Translations under genes and position numbers: made by a program | Assembly: GCA_001599295.1 (NCBI GenBank) | Contig: BCGN01000003.1 | Span: forward strand, 992,001 to 1,056,000 | Direction of reading: 5' to 3' | DNA length: 64,000 nt | From: Sporopachydermia quercuum | Lineage: Eukaryota | Notes under the pieces: model-generated | Seen by the model: only the letters and a program-made list of their open reading frames with translations | Database searches by the model: none | Told to the model about the DNA's origin: nothing | In this document: positions 1 through 10,596 of the stretch, piece after piece | Layout of the letters: every line of letters begins with the position of its first letter | How positions within the stretch are numbered: position 1 is the stretch's first letter

Positions 1-1560
1 AAGACTCATCTGATACATGGAACTAGGACATGGGGGTATCCTTTAGTTTATATACTTTAACAGAGCAAAATTCGAGGTTCTTCAAGAATTCAAGTTTAGA
101 AACTTGGTAAGACGTTTCTAAGACGCAATTTCAATTCTTATTTGTTAGAGTCCGATCAAGGTCAATCTACAATAGATCGGTGTCGAAACAGGTATTTAAT
201 CTTATCAGCATTTAAGTTATCCGACAGTAGTTACCAAAAAGATATTCTTAGAAGCCAAATCTAAATAGAGTTCAGAAAGCTTAAACATAGTGTAATGAGA
301 GTGATGCAGAAGATAGAACGAGATTTGGGGTTGAGAATTACCGCCCAATAATGAATAGAATAATTCAGCTTCCAATTGAATAATTGAAGTTAAATAGCAA
401 ACTGTCTGAGTTAGATTGGAATCAGTATATTCCATAAACGTTCTGCTTCTCGCTTGTGGCAGTCAAGTTGAAGTTTACAATCTTTTGCCGAAGTGCTTTC
501 CCAGTTTGGAATATAGCTACTTTTTAGGCGAACTTTAACCTATCTTGTCAAAGAAGGCCAGAGGCTGTGACCTTCTACATTTTCTGCTTGGTGATAATGA
601 ATGAAAAAGGATCGTTTAATTATAATATTACTTTGACGTTTATATCTCTTTTTTGCTGTTTTGAAATCATCTTCTAGAAAAGAGCACTGATGATCATCCT
701 TATTAGACAGGCAGACTTATTGCAAAGATTTAGAGTTCTAAAATACACTATTCCTTAAATTTAAGTGTATCAGCGGATACCCTAATCGGGAAAATAACGG
801 TGTTTATTGAAACCTTATCAGTATCCACTTCCATTGCTCTTCTTTGAGATTGATTCTCTGCTTACTGAAAACCGAGAATCAAGATATAAAGAGTTATCAG
901 CAAAACTGTATTTTTGAATATCTGGTATTTAAAATGTATGAGAAACTAGAGAAATGTGACGGCTGTTAGGGATTCCAATATAAAGTTAATATTATTCCCA
1001 TAATAGGGGTACATATTGGCAAATGGAAGAAGCGCCAATACGATATCGAAACTCCCCTTCTGCCAGATGGATCAATGAACCATCTGAAAACTTTGCTTCT
1101 CCCGACCAAATGATGATGCTTTTCTGATCTTACGTTTTTCAAGTGACAATCTACTGTATCCAATAGAATTCCAGACTAATATGTGAGGACAGTAAATCAT
1201 TACTAATGGGATAGGCACTTACTTGTGAATTGACACAGCACCTTCAGACTCTCAGCAACCTAGTTCAACCCATTTTGTACTCCTATAAATAATTTCTTGA
1301 TTAATTATCTTCCAACCATTCCAAGAAAACATACAAGAAGACCATCCAAAGCTGCATCGCTAATATGCTGACATGACAATTCATGGTAGGAATATTGCTG
1401 CAACCTCATCCTGAAAACCTTTTTATCTTTCATTCAATTTCACTTCTCATCCCAACCTTATTTCCAACCTTGCATAATTATCACATCAACTCGCATATCT
1501 GATCTCTTCCTTTTAGCATTACATAATCAGTTTATTTTTTTCTCATTTCAGATCGTAAAT

Positions 1561-1600
1561 GTAAACACAAACAATATCACCGTTTCATTCTAGTGTTTAC
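1561..1600. promoter_or_regulatory. Pair of forkhead-type GTAAACA sites upstream of the coiled-coil gene
   Basis: GTAAACA at 1561-1567 and the inverted TGTTTAC at 1594-1600, about 175-215 nt upstream of ATG 1775. Confidence 0.4.
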
Positions 1601-1774
1601 AAAAATAAAACAATTGTCCACCCGGTACTAATCACCAGTTGTTCAACAAGGTAAAACTAATTATCTTTGTATCATACCTCTGACAGCACCTTTTTTACAC
1701 TTTTATACCACCCTACCCATCTTCTACAGCATAAGCTGTTACATACCAGAAGCTCATCTCTCAAAACACCACCA

Positions 1775-4047
1775 ATGCTTAGGAGATCCACTTCGTCCAA
1801 ATCTCTAAACAAGCTTGCTCAAGGTATACCTATGTAAGTTGAATGGAAATCTAATTGTCCATTAAGACTGTTTGTGTTTACTTCGTACCCTCTTAGTTTC
1901 TCTAATTATTATAGCTTACTAACAGCTGTTTTACTGGCAGGTGGGACTCTTCTGATCCTTCGCGAAATCCACCGCCAATACCTCCAAATCCTAACTCGAA
2001 TTTTGAGCAACCAACTGTACTGGCTTCAAATTTACAACTAAAATCTATATCCTCTTCTAACTTCAGTCCTAGAAAACCAGATAACATGCATTTGAAAAGC
2101 ACGACGACCGCGAGCGACGCGCGAGATGCCAATGCAGCAGATAAATCCAGTGCCAGTATCTTACCAGACTCTGAAAGTATCGAGAAAAGGGTTGATTTCA
2201 TCATTGATATTTCAACAAATATAAAAGATATAGTTCAACAAGTGAACCAAAAGGTCAAGAAAAGCCAAGTGGAATTCCAGAACCTTAGTAACCGATCTCG
2301 AGATAATGCATCACATTTGAAAGTATTGACTAACTGTGTAGAAAAAGCAGAATCTATTTCCAAGCAATCGGAAGAGCTTCTGAAGCAAGCTAATGATAGC
2401 TTGAAAGAGAATACTACTGTCAATCAACATCTAACAGAATCAGTTGATGATCTGGCCAACTCATTGAAAGCAGGCTTTGCGAAGGCGGGGAACGAACAGC
2501 ATGACGTAATCGACTCGCTGAAGTCAAGTTTAGAATCAATAGTTATTAACGAGTTACGGAAATTACAAGAAAAAATCTCTGAAAGTACGCAGGTAGTAGT
2601 TGATCGTGTTGAAGACAAGACAGATCTATCTAGCATTCATGAAAAACTTTCAGTTTTGAATAACATTGAGAACTTGGTTGTCTCTGGAAACTCAAAAATG
2701 AGAGAACAATTGGAAGATACTATCAACTCACAACTACAAAAGAATACAGCACCTTACACTAAATTGGAATCAAGTCTTCAAGCGTTAGAGCAATCAAATC
2801 AAGATAACCTCTCAACCCTTTCTTCTGTTCTGAGTGCTTTGAAAGATGGATCATCCAACAATTCTGCAAGTCAAATTCAAGAGATTCAAACAGGATTCCA
2901 AAATGTCAACGAACATATTAACAGAAAACTTGCTGACTTTGCATCTCAAAGCATTAAATCGGCGGCCCTTGAAGAAAAATTGAAAAATTATATTTCAGAT
3001 CTTTTGGCTAAGCAACTAGAGTTGAATACTACCTCTCAGATTGAGATATACAATAATTTGGTGCAGGGGAACACTAAGAAAATAACCAATACGATAGATA
3101 TTGCCAAAGAAATCATAACTGAAGCAGTGAAATCTAATCTTGGCCAGATCTGCGAAAGTTCACATTCCAACCAGCAACAATCAACACAAGAATTGAAAGA
3201 TTTTGTTTCAGAAAGATTTTTGTTAGTCACAGAACAAATAAATCAATCAATATACGACAACAACAAAGGCGATGTAGATGTATTAAAAAAAATACTCTCC
3301 GAGAATCTCAATACACAAACAAAACAATTTTCTGAACTGTTCTCAACTCATCATAAACAAATAATCTCTCAGTATTCCGAAATAAAAAATCAGAATGAGG
3401 AAGATAGGAAGCTATACGAAGAAGGAAATGAGAAGAGCAATCAAATTTCACAACTGAAGGAGCAATTATCATCTAAAGATTCTAGAATACAAGTATTGGA
3501 AGCGCAATTGGCTCAGTTGACTGAAAGGTTAGAGGTACAAGAGTCTTTAGCAGAATTGAAAGAAAAAGAACAGAAAACCCTAACGAATGTGGAAAAACTG
3601 AGAACAGCCTATGAAGTGAGATTGGAACATTTTGAAAAGCTAGAGGTTAGATATAATACACTTCAAGCTAAACTGAATGACGAGCTAATAAGTAAATACA
3701 AAACATTATTAGGAAGTTCGACAAATATTCTTGAGAACATGAATTCAAATAACACACTCAGCCTTAAGAAAAAGAATAAGAAGAACCTGAGATCTGTATC
3801 ATCATTTATTCCATCGAGTCCTTTAGCTGATTTACAAGCTAGAAAGGGATTCACAATTAGGGAAGAACCAATTGATTTATCACGCTACAATAGTGATGAT
3901 GAAGGAGATATTTCAGTTAACAAGGAAAACGTTCAAGATGATATTTATGTGACTAAACGTCCAGCTTCTTCAAAGCTCAATGCCCTGGAGAGTAGTAGTC
4001 CTTCTGGATCAGAAAGTGTTCAAACTCAAACCAGTGAACAATCATAA
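1775..4047 (+). CDS. Uncharacterised long coiled-coil protein, 2 exons: join(1775..1833,1941..4047)
   Basis: ATG at 1775 (MLRRSTSSKSLNKLAQGIP), 5'SS GTAAGT at 1834, branch TACTAAC 1917-1923, CAG ending 1940. Splicing joins in frame to the 653-aa ORF and gives IPMWDSSDPSRNPPPIP. The body is rich in Q/E/K/L/N heptads. Function not assignable. Confidence 0.8.
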
Positions 4048-4630
4048 ACAACCAACTGAGAGTGACAGAAATATAACCAACTGTTGGCCTGGGACTCATT
4101 TCCTATAGTTGATTATTCATTGTGCAACTGCTTGATCATTCTACCCTTATCTACCTAAACCCAATCCCCTTTCATTGCTTCACTAGTTTCAAACCGCTTT
4201 TCTTTTATTGTTGCTTTCAATGAAATTGATAGACTATACCAACTGATGTACTCAAGTGCATCAATCCTTTGTGATTCCCTACGTTAATATTCTTACAAAT
4301 ATCATTACAAGCAGTAAAACGTATACTTTACACACAATAAGGACTCATTAACAACCATTTAGGATCTTTATACAAAATCTGCCTTCAATATGTTCATATG
4401 AAGAAAAAAACTATTATACATTTTGATTAGAATAACGAATTATCACTAGTAAACTAGAAAAGTGCCTTTCCTAGTTATTCTAGCTGTCTTTTTTTCCACT
4501 GCAGGTTCTCAACAGGTACACGTTCTTTTTGCTTAGATAATCAAAATAAACAAACCCTCCACTTCACGTCTCATTCCAAAGAACTAATTTTCTGTAGGCT
4601 TATGCATGAAGTGCGTTGCAATGCATTAAA

Positions 4631-4638
4631 TCACGTGA
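4631..4638. promoter_or_regulatory. Cbf1-type E-box TCACGTGA upstream of UGO1
   Basis: Perfect palindrome about 290 nt upstream of the UGO1 ATG. Confidence 0.4.
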
Positions 4639-4926
4639 GTTGCCATCCCATTTTCTATCTCACAACAAATAAAGAAATTTGATTATATCACCATCATCAA
4701 CCATTATAATTACTTACTACAAGCTTATCATATTAATCATTCATTCAAAAGGAAGAATTATTTTGACCACTACAACTATTGACTGGATGCAATTACAGCT
4801 TTGTTTAGTGATAATTATATCTATCACCATAAACCAGCTAACTAGTACTAAGCATAGCTTGTCTCATTTAACCTATTTCAACGCACCCACATCCACATTT
4901 GATATCATTATCATTACTAGTTAGGA

Positions 4927-6687
4927 ATGTCTCCCATCGGTCAATCGACAGACCCCGTCGGTCTCAATGCAAGACCCTATTACAATCCAGGCACATTTGA
5001 TGGTGGTTACAACCTTGTATATAGACCAGGTGTTGGTGTAGTGACAGCTTCTGGTGACACTCTCGGTAATATGGTCACCAACAATGTGAGTGCTTCTATC
5101 AATAGTTATGATTCCTCAGCTACAATATCAAATACTTTACACAGCGCTGTAGCATCAGCAGGGTCAGCATTCAAGCGCGGTGCTGTTGGTGGAATGAACA
5201 AATATAGGGAATCTGTAGGTGATGATTCAATTGTCGCTAGAAATGTATTTGCAGATTTGGAATTCCAAGAATATTTAGATTTCTCGAATGCTACGGATAT
5301 TGCAAATGGATTATGTCAATCTTTTTTCAGAGTTTACACTAGAACATTAGTTTCACAACCTTTTGATGTAACTAGACTATTATTGCAAGTAGGAGAATTC
5401 TGCACAGGATATGTGGAGCCTGAAACAGGGTATGAGATAGATGAATGGAATGGTGATCTTGATAATGAAAACAAAGGTACAAGCTCTGGAAAGTTAAGGA
5501 AGAGAGTTAAAAGCCCTGTTAGAGATATAACTGTTGATAACGACTCTTCTGACGAAGATATTGAAAATTACTTCAAAGCGTCTTTTGCTGATGAAGGAAA
5601 GATTATCGGTTCTAATTTCGACTCACAAACTAGTCCAACAACAAAGTCTACAAGAAAACAAAGAAGGGCAAGTTCTACAGCTAGAATGAGACGCCGGTCT
5701 GTTAATAGAAGGAACTCGGCGAAACCATTAAGAAATTTCAATGTGTCCGTTGTGAGAAGGAACAATAGAATCATTAGACCTTTGAGTTTACATACCATTG
5801 ATATTATGTCCGCAGTGTTTGCTAAAGAAGGTTTCAGAGGTCTATGGAGAGCTTTGAATGTATCAGTTATTCAGCTAACTCTTACGTCAACTTTAGAAGC
5901 CTGGATTTCTGGATTTCTATCGCCTTTGTTCAAAGTGCCTGATCCTTTTTTCATTGACCCTGTACATTCTCCTGATCCGACGAAAACTCTTATACTATCA
6001 GTGCTAGCCTCCGTGCTTACAACCATTGCATTAGCGCCTATTGATCTCATCAGAACTAGGCTTATAGTTACTTCCACTTCAGTATCACCGAGATCATTAA
6101 GGACTCTACTCAACTCTATGAAATCTTTAACTATACCTTTGCCTTTACTATTTCCAACGTTGTTATATGCAATCTCTTCAAAAGTGATATCCAAATCTGC
6201 TCCTTATTTCTTTCAATTAAGGCTTGGAATTGACCCTTTCTCATATCCTGTTACCTGCAATTTTCTGAAACTGATTTCAAGCTGTGTTGAACTTTTTGTT
6301 AAGCTACCTTTTGAAACAATACTACGCAGAGCTCAAGTCGAGTATTTATTACACGGAGTTCCACAACCTAATAAACCAAAGATTGAAGAACTAGATAGTG
6401 ATGGAAATCCTATACCAGTAGCACCTAAAGTCACGTTAGCCATCAAGGAGTCTCAAATGATCGTCACAGCTCCCAAATACTCTGGAGTGTTTGGTACTAT
6501 GTATGGTATAATAAGAGGATTCAGAAGAGTATCAGTAGATGATAACGAGCTACCTAATGAGAACATTGGGTTTGAAGCTTTGTTCAGAGGGTTTAGAGTT
6601 GGATTAATAGGAATACTAGGTTCTTGGGGTATGGGAGTAATTGGTGGTGTTTTTGAAGACGATCAAATGAAAGAGCAGAACTTCTAG
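4927..6687 (+). CDS. UGO1: Mitochondrial fusion protein Ugo1 (degenerate mitochondrial carrier family, outer membrane)
   Basis: N-terminal RPYY motif. Carrier-like signatures QPFDVTRLLLQVG, APIDLIRTRL and LPFETILRRAQV, plus EGFRGLWRA. Confidence 0.9.
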   Translation: MSPIGQSTDPVGLNARPYYNPGTFDGGYNLVYRPGVGVVTASGDTLGNMVTNNVSASINSYDSSATISNTLHSAVASAGSAFKRGAVGGMNKYRESVGDDSIVARNVFADLEFQEYLDFSNATDIANGLCQSFFRVYTRTLVSQPFDVTRLLLQVGEFCTGYVEPETGYEIDEWNGDLDNENKGTSSGKLRKRVKSPVRDITVDNDSSDEDIENYFKASFADEGKIIGSNFDSQTSPTTKSTRKQRRASSTARMRRRSVNRRNSAKPLRNFNVSVVRRNNRIIRPLSLHTIDIMSAVFAKEGFRGLWRALNVSVIQLTLTSTLEAWISGFLSPLFKVPDPFFIDPVHSPDPTKTLILSVLASVLTTIALAPIDLIRTRLIVTSTSVSPRSLRTLLNSMKSLTIPLPLLFPTLLYAISSKVISKSAPYFFQLRLGIDPFSYPVTCNFLKLISSCVELFVKLPFETILRRAQVEYLLHGVPQPNKPKIEELDSDGNPIPVAPKVTLAIKESQMIVTAPKYSGVFGTMYGIIRGFRRVSVDDNELPNENIGFEALFRGFRVGLIGILGSWGMGVIGGVFEDDQMKEQNF

Positions 6688-7227
6688 TGAATAGAAGAAT
6701 GCTTTTTGCGGAAGCTAACAGAGATTTAGTTATTCTAGCTGTATGTATATAATAAGTTAATAAAGTGTTATGATGGCTATATGTGTTAATAAATCTATAA
6801 CTAGATAGTGATGTTTAAGTTGTTCATCATTTGACACTTGCTCTCTAAGAACCTTTCAACTTTAGTATCATGTTTGGTGTTGCTTTATCATTGAGCTCAT
6901 TAACGATTTTCGAAGGTTAATGTGAAGGCGTCTTCTACCAGATGCAAAGAAGGCTTGGCTACTTAAACAAGTTTTCACCAATTTTTGTTCTCTGAAGAAT
7001 CAATCAATACTTCCATAATAAAATAAATTGATGTAGAAGCTACGATCTATGCAACTTACACTGAAAGCATCAAATCCCTACTAATTGTATCTATTGACCC
7101 ATAGAAGAATCAAACTTTCCATACATAATGGAAGGCTCATATTACTAAAGAAACCATTATGAACATTCATTGATAAATAAATCATGTAATGTAATAACAC
7201 TTCAAATAAAGCAAGGGCTCGAATTAT

Positions 7228-8625
7228 CTAATCAAAAGTAATCTTCTTACCTTGAAATTGCACACTGCCAATAGATATATTCTGCTTCTTCTTTGCTTCC
7301 CATGAAGGATGCATCTTTTCGTTAGCTTCCCCTGAACTATTCTTATCAGCATTATCAACATTACCTCCTTTATTATTATTGAACCCATTTCTATTTCCAC
7401 TGCCTCTAGTACCCAAAGGAGCACTATTACTACTTGTAGCATTCCTTGCAGCAGCAATTCTCTGTTCTTTCCTATCCCACTTCTGTTTCCGCACTTCTCG
7501 CTCTTTCTTAATGTGATTAGCATTCTCACCATATTTCATTTCCCATAACTTTTGTCTTGCTCTTTGACCTCGTCTATTTTTCCTTTTCTCAACAACTTCT
7601 TTCACAACGAGATCATTATCGTAGTCATAGTTGTCTTCATCATCTGAACCACCGGAAATATAACCTGTTGCTAGTTGAGGGAGATCAAAATAGTTATCAT
7701 TGCTGTTATTGCCATCATCGCTGTCATCATCGTCATCACTATGTTCATCATCAACGAAGAAATCATCTTTTTCTTCTGACTTGGATATCAAGCCTGACTC
7801 AGAAGAGCCCGATAGCTTGCCTTTACTATTCCTACCATTATCAATAATACAACCACCATTCAGAGTTTCTAGTACTTCTGTCGGTTCTTCGTCCTTGTTT
7901 GGTTTTATATTTCCTTCATTTTCATTCGGTTTTTCTGATCCTGTGGCTTTAACTGAGAGATCCTCAACTTGCATTCCTAAAGCTTTACTTATACTCTTTC
8001 TACTTTCTTCAACAGCAATTTTAACCGAAATAGTATTTAGAAGTCTGGAAACCACATTTTTCATCCCATCAGTAGAACTAGTATAAAAATAACTATAATG
8101 CAATTCATTCTCTTTATTAGATAATGCTTCAGTAATCCAAATTGGTAGCCAGCTTTCATACTTTTCTCTCTCTTCACTATCAATGGGTTTCAATATCTGT
8201 TGAGATACTAGCTTAACTACTCTTTGTTTAGCAATTGTTTCATACTTAACAGCTTCCAATTCAGCTAATTCATTAGTGAGTTGTTCAACTTTGGCTTTTG
8301 ATTTCTCGTTTTCACTCGAGCTCGCCATTTTCTTTGCTGACTTCAGACCTTTAGATATTTTTGCTTTTACTTGAGGCCTTTCTTTACGTAGACACCTTTC
8401 GATCAAACTATGGCTATGATGTACCTTTCTTTCAATCAGTTGCTTTCTAAATACTGAAATTTCGTCATCGATTGCTAAGATTTTGGCCTTGCTATCCTCG
8501 TCAAGTTCATCATTATCTGGTCTTTTCCTAGCTTCAAATTTTTCTTGTATTCTAGTTTTTTGACTTTCTAGCTGTGAGATTTTGAAAGCTATGTTGTCTT
8601 TACGGACTGCTATATCGGAACTCAT
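7228..8625 (-). CDS. BUD22: Bud22 ribosome-biogenesis factor (SRFBP1 family)
   Basis: C-terminal LPQLATGYISGG, RKNRRGQRARQKLWEMKYG, HPSWEAKK and FQGKKITFD. The first ATG is at 8625; the ORF-track start at 8640 is TTG. Confidence 0.92.
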   Translation of the reverse strand: MSSDIAVRKDNIAFKISQLESQKTRIQEKFEARKRPDNDELDEDSKAKILAIDDEISVFRKQLIERKVHHSHSLIERCLRKERPQVKAKISKGLKSAKKMASSSENEKSKAKVEQLTNELAELEAVKYETIAKQRVVKLVSQQILKPIDSEEREKYESWLPIWITEALSNKENELHYSYFYTSSTDGMKNVVSRLLNTISVKIAVEESRKSISKALGMQVEDLSVKATGSEKPNENEGNIKPNKDEEPTEVLETLNGGCIIDNGRNSKGKLSGSSESGLISKSEEKDDFFVDDEHSDDDDDSDDGNNSNDNYFDLPQLATGYISGGSDDEDNYDYDNDLVVKEVVEKRKNRRGQRARQKLWEMKYGENANHIKKEREVRKQKWDRKEQRIAAARNATSSNSAPLGTRGSGNRNGFNNNKGGNVDNADKNSSGEANEKMHPSWEAKKKQNISIGSVQFQGKKITFD

Positions 8626-9008
8626 TGTACGAATAAACAAGCATATATGTGTATATGCAAGTAATATGCTTTAGATGCCAAAAATTACAATACCGTTGAA
8701 TAACAAAATTCTATTCGCGCAGCTATTTTATTTGGTTAGCGGATTCTGAATAAATCAGATAAGTTGAGCTGTGGTAGTTGAATTATGGCGACAATCAGCC
8801 AAGGAGACAGAGGAAATGCGTCTTCTTGTCAGTGAAAGCATATAAGCAAATAGAAGCCCGTTAAACCAACAGTCTAAAATTCTAGTCAAAAACAAGTTAG
8901 CTTTGAAAACTAAACTCAATAGAAATCTAAAAAAATAAAAGGAATTCTAAGAGTTTTATCGGAAGCTGTAATAAGAATTAAAAGAATGTCCTGCTTCACA
9001 TAGTAAAT

Positions 9009-9049
9009 AATTTTTTTCTTAACTGAGGTGAGCCATGGGCGGTCACGTG
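9009..9049. promoter_or_regulatory. BUD22 upstream elements: T-tract/RRPE-like AATTTTTTTC and Cbf1-type GTCACGTG
   Basis: AATTTTTTTC at 9009-9018 and GTCACGTG at 9042-9049, about 385-425 nt upstream of the BUD22 ATG. Confidence 0.35.
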
Positions 9050-9466
9050 CGAGAATGGAAATCAGAGTCTCGAGATTTTTGCGAGAATTGGATAATCTAT
9101 AAAACAAGCGGAACAGTCAGTAAAGTAAAAGGGGAAATAAAATAAAGTAGAATATACCGATAAACAAACAATGAGTTAGTCGATAGAAACTGCTATATAT
9201 TGGAAAAGTGGATCAGGGATTTAGAGCTCAATTTGCTGATCTCCAGGCTGGTAGGTTATTAGTTGGCGAGGATAATACTGCTCAGATCACACAAGAACAA
9301 TCCAATATACTATATACTATTGAAATATTAATATCATAAAGCCAAAAAATTTATTTATTTCGTTCAATTAATCATCATTGACATGTTTAATTTATATACA
9401 GAGAATCAATGATCTGAGCTGATGAGAACAATCTCATGTGATTGTACACTTCTTTCTTTACTACCT

Positions 9467-10060
9467 CTATTTCTTCTTCTTAGTTGTTGGTGCGACAGCA
9501 TTTAGATAATTCCACGCTTCATCAGGAGGTGTTTCAGTAGGAATTCTTAACTCAATATCATACAATTTACCTCTTTCTACCTTATTGGCAGCGGCAAATA
9601 ATTCAGGACTGGTATCTTTCAAATCTTCGCATGCATTCTGTATAGATTCAAATTGAGCTTTTAGTGAATTGATTCTTTTTTCCCTTATCTTCTTTTGATG
9701 AATGGACCATGCCTTGTTTATCGAATCATGTCGGATTCTATCCTCCAAACTCAGCTTGATCATTTTAGGAATCTTACCACTGGATCCTATAACGGACATC
9801 ATAGTAACTAGACAATATAGTTAGTATCTCATTGCAAGAAAGGACATCAGTCTCTACCAAAACAGTTGAGTAACGCTCAAATTTCATCACATACTTAATT
9901 TGGAAGCACTATCAGAGCCCTTCTTCTTCTTTCTAGCAAATCGGACTTGCTGCACTGTAGATACTGCTTTGAGGATATTTGGTGTATTTAACAAACTAGT
10001 TGACCCCATGATTGTGGAGTCTTTGATACTGGCTCTCACCAGTAACTGTCGAAAACTCAT
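9467..10060 (-). CDS. MRPL28: Mitochondrial ribosomal large-subunit protein mL40, 2 exons: complement(join(9467..9807,9895..10060))
   Basis: Exon 1 is a presequence-like MSFRQLLVRAS...QQVRFARKKKK. Intron 9808-9894 has GTATGT, TACTAAC and TAG and splices in frame. Exon 2 has LSLEDRIRHDSINKAW and LRIPTETPP. Lies near TFB3 as in S. cerevisiae. Confidence 0.88.
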
Positions 10061-10596
10061 TTTGCGATTGCGACGGACAACTACTACTTAAGAATTTCAA
10101 AGCAGTAGTTTTGAGGACTAAAAAACAGATAATCAATTGTAATATCACTACTTGTTGTCTCTAGTTGATATGAATGTTGATAACCATTTATTCTCTCACT
10201 GAGAGAAAGGTTCTAGTTTTCATTTGCTTTCAAAATTGAAGATGTTTGGGTGGTAAATTTTTCACTTTTAACCTCACGTCTCAGTTCATTCTACATATAA
10301 TTACATATTAACAGATTACATAATCATTTAAATCCATTTTAACGTTGACCGAGACATGATGTTAAGAGATAACAATTGGGAGAAGTGTCGGAATGGAACG
10401 GAACTAAAGCGGAGCTCTTGCTCAATATAGTAAGACTTAATTGAACAGTAGAACATAAAAATATATCCAGTGATTAGAGTAGCATAGTAAAGCAGAACAC
10501 CTGATGACACTCTGAGAACTACATGTCACACTTCCAGAGCGAGAATCAACACAACAATATTATACACTATTCGATCTCCTATCCAAGGTCTGGCTA

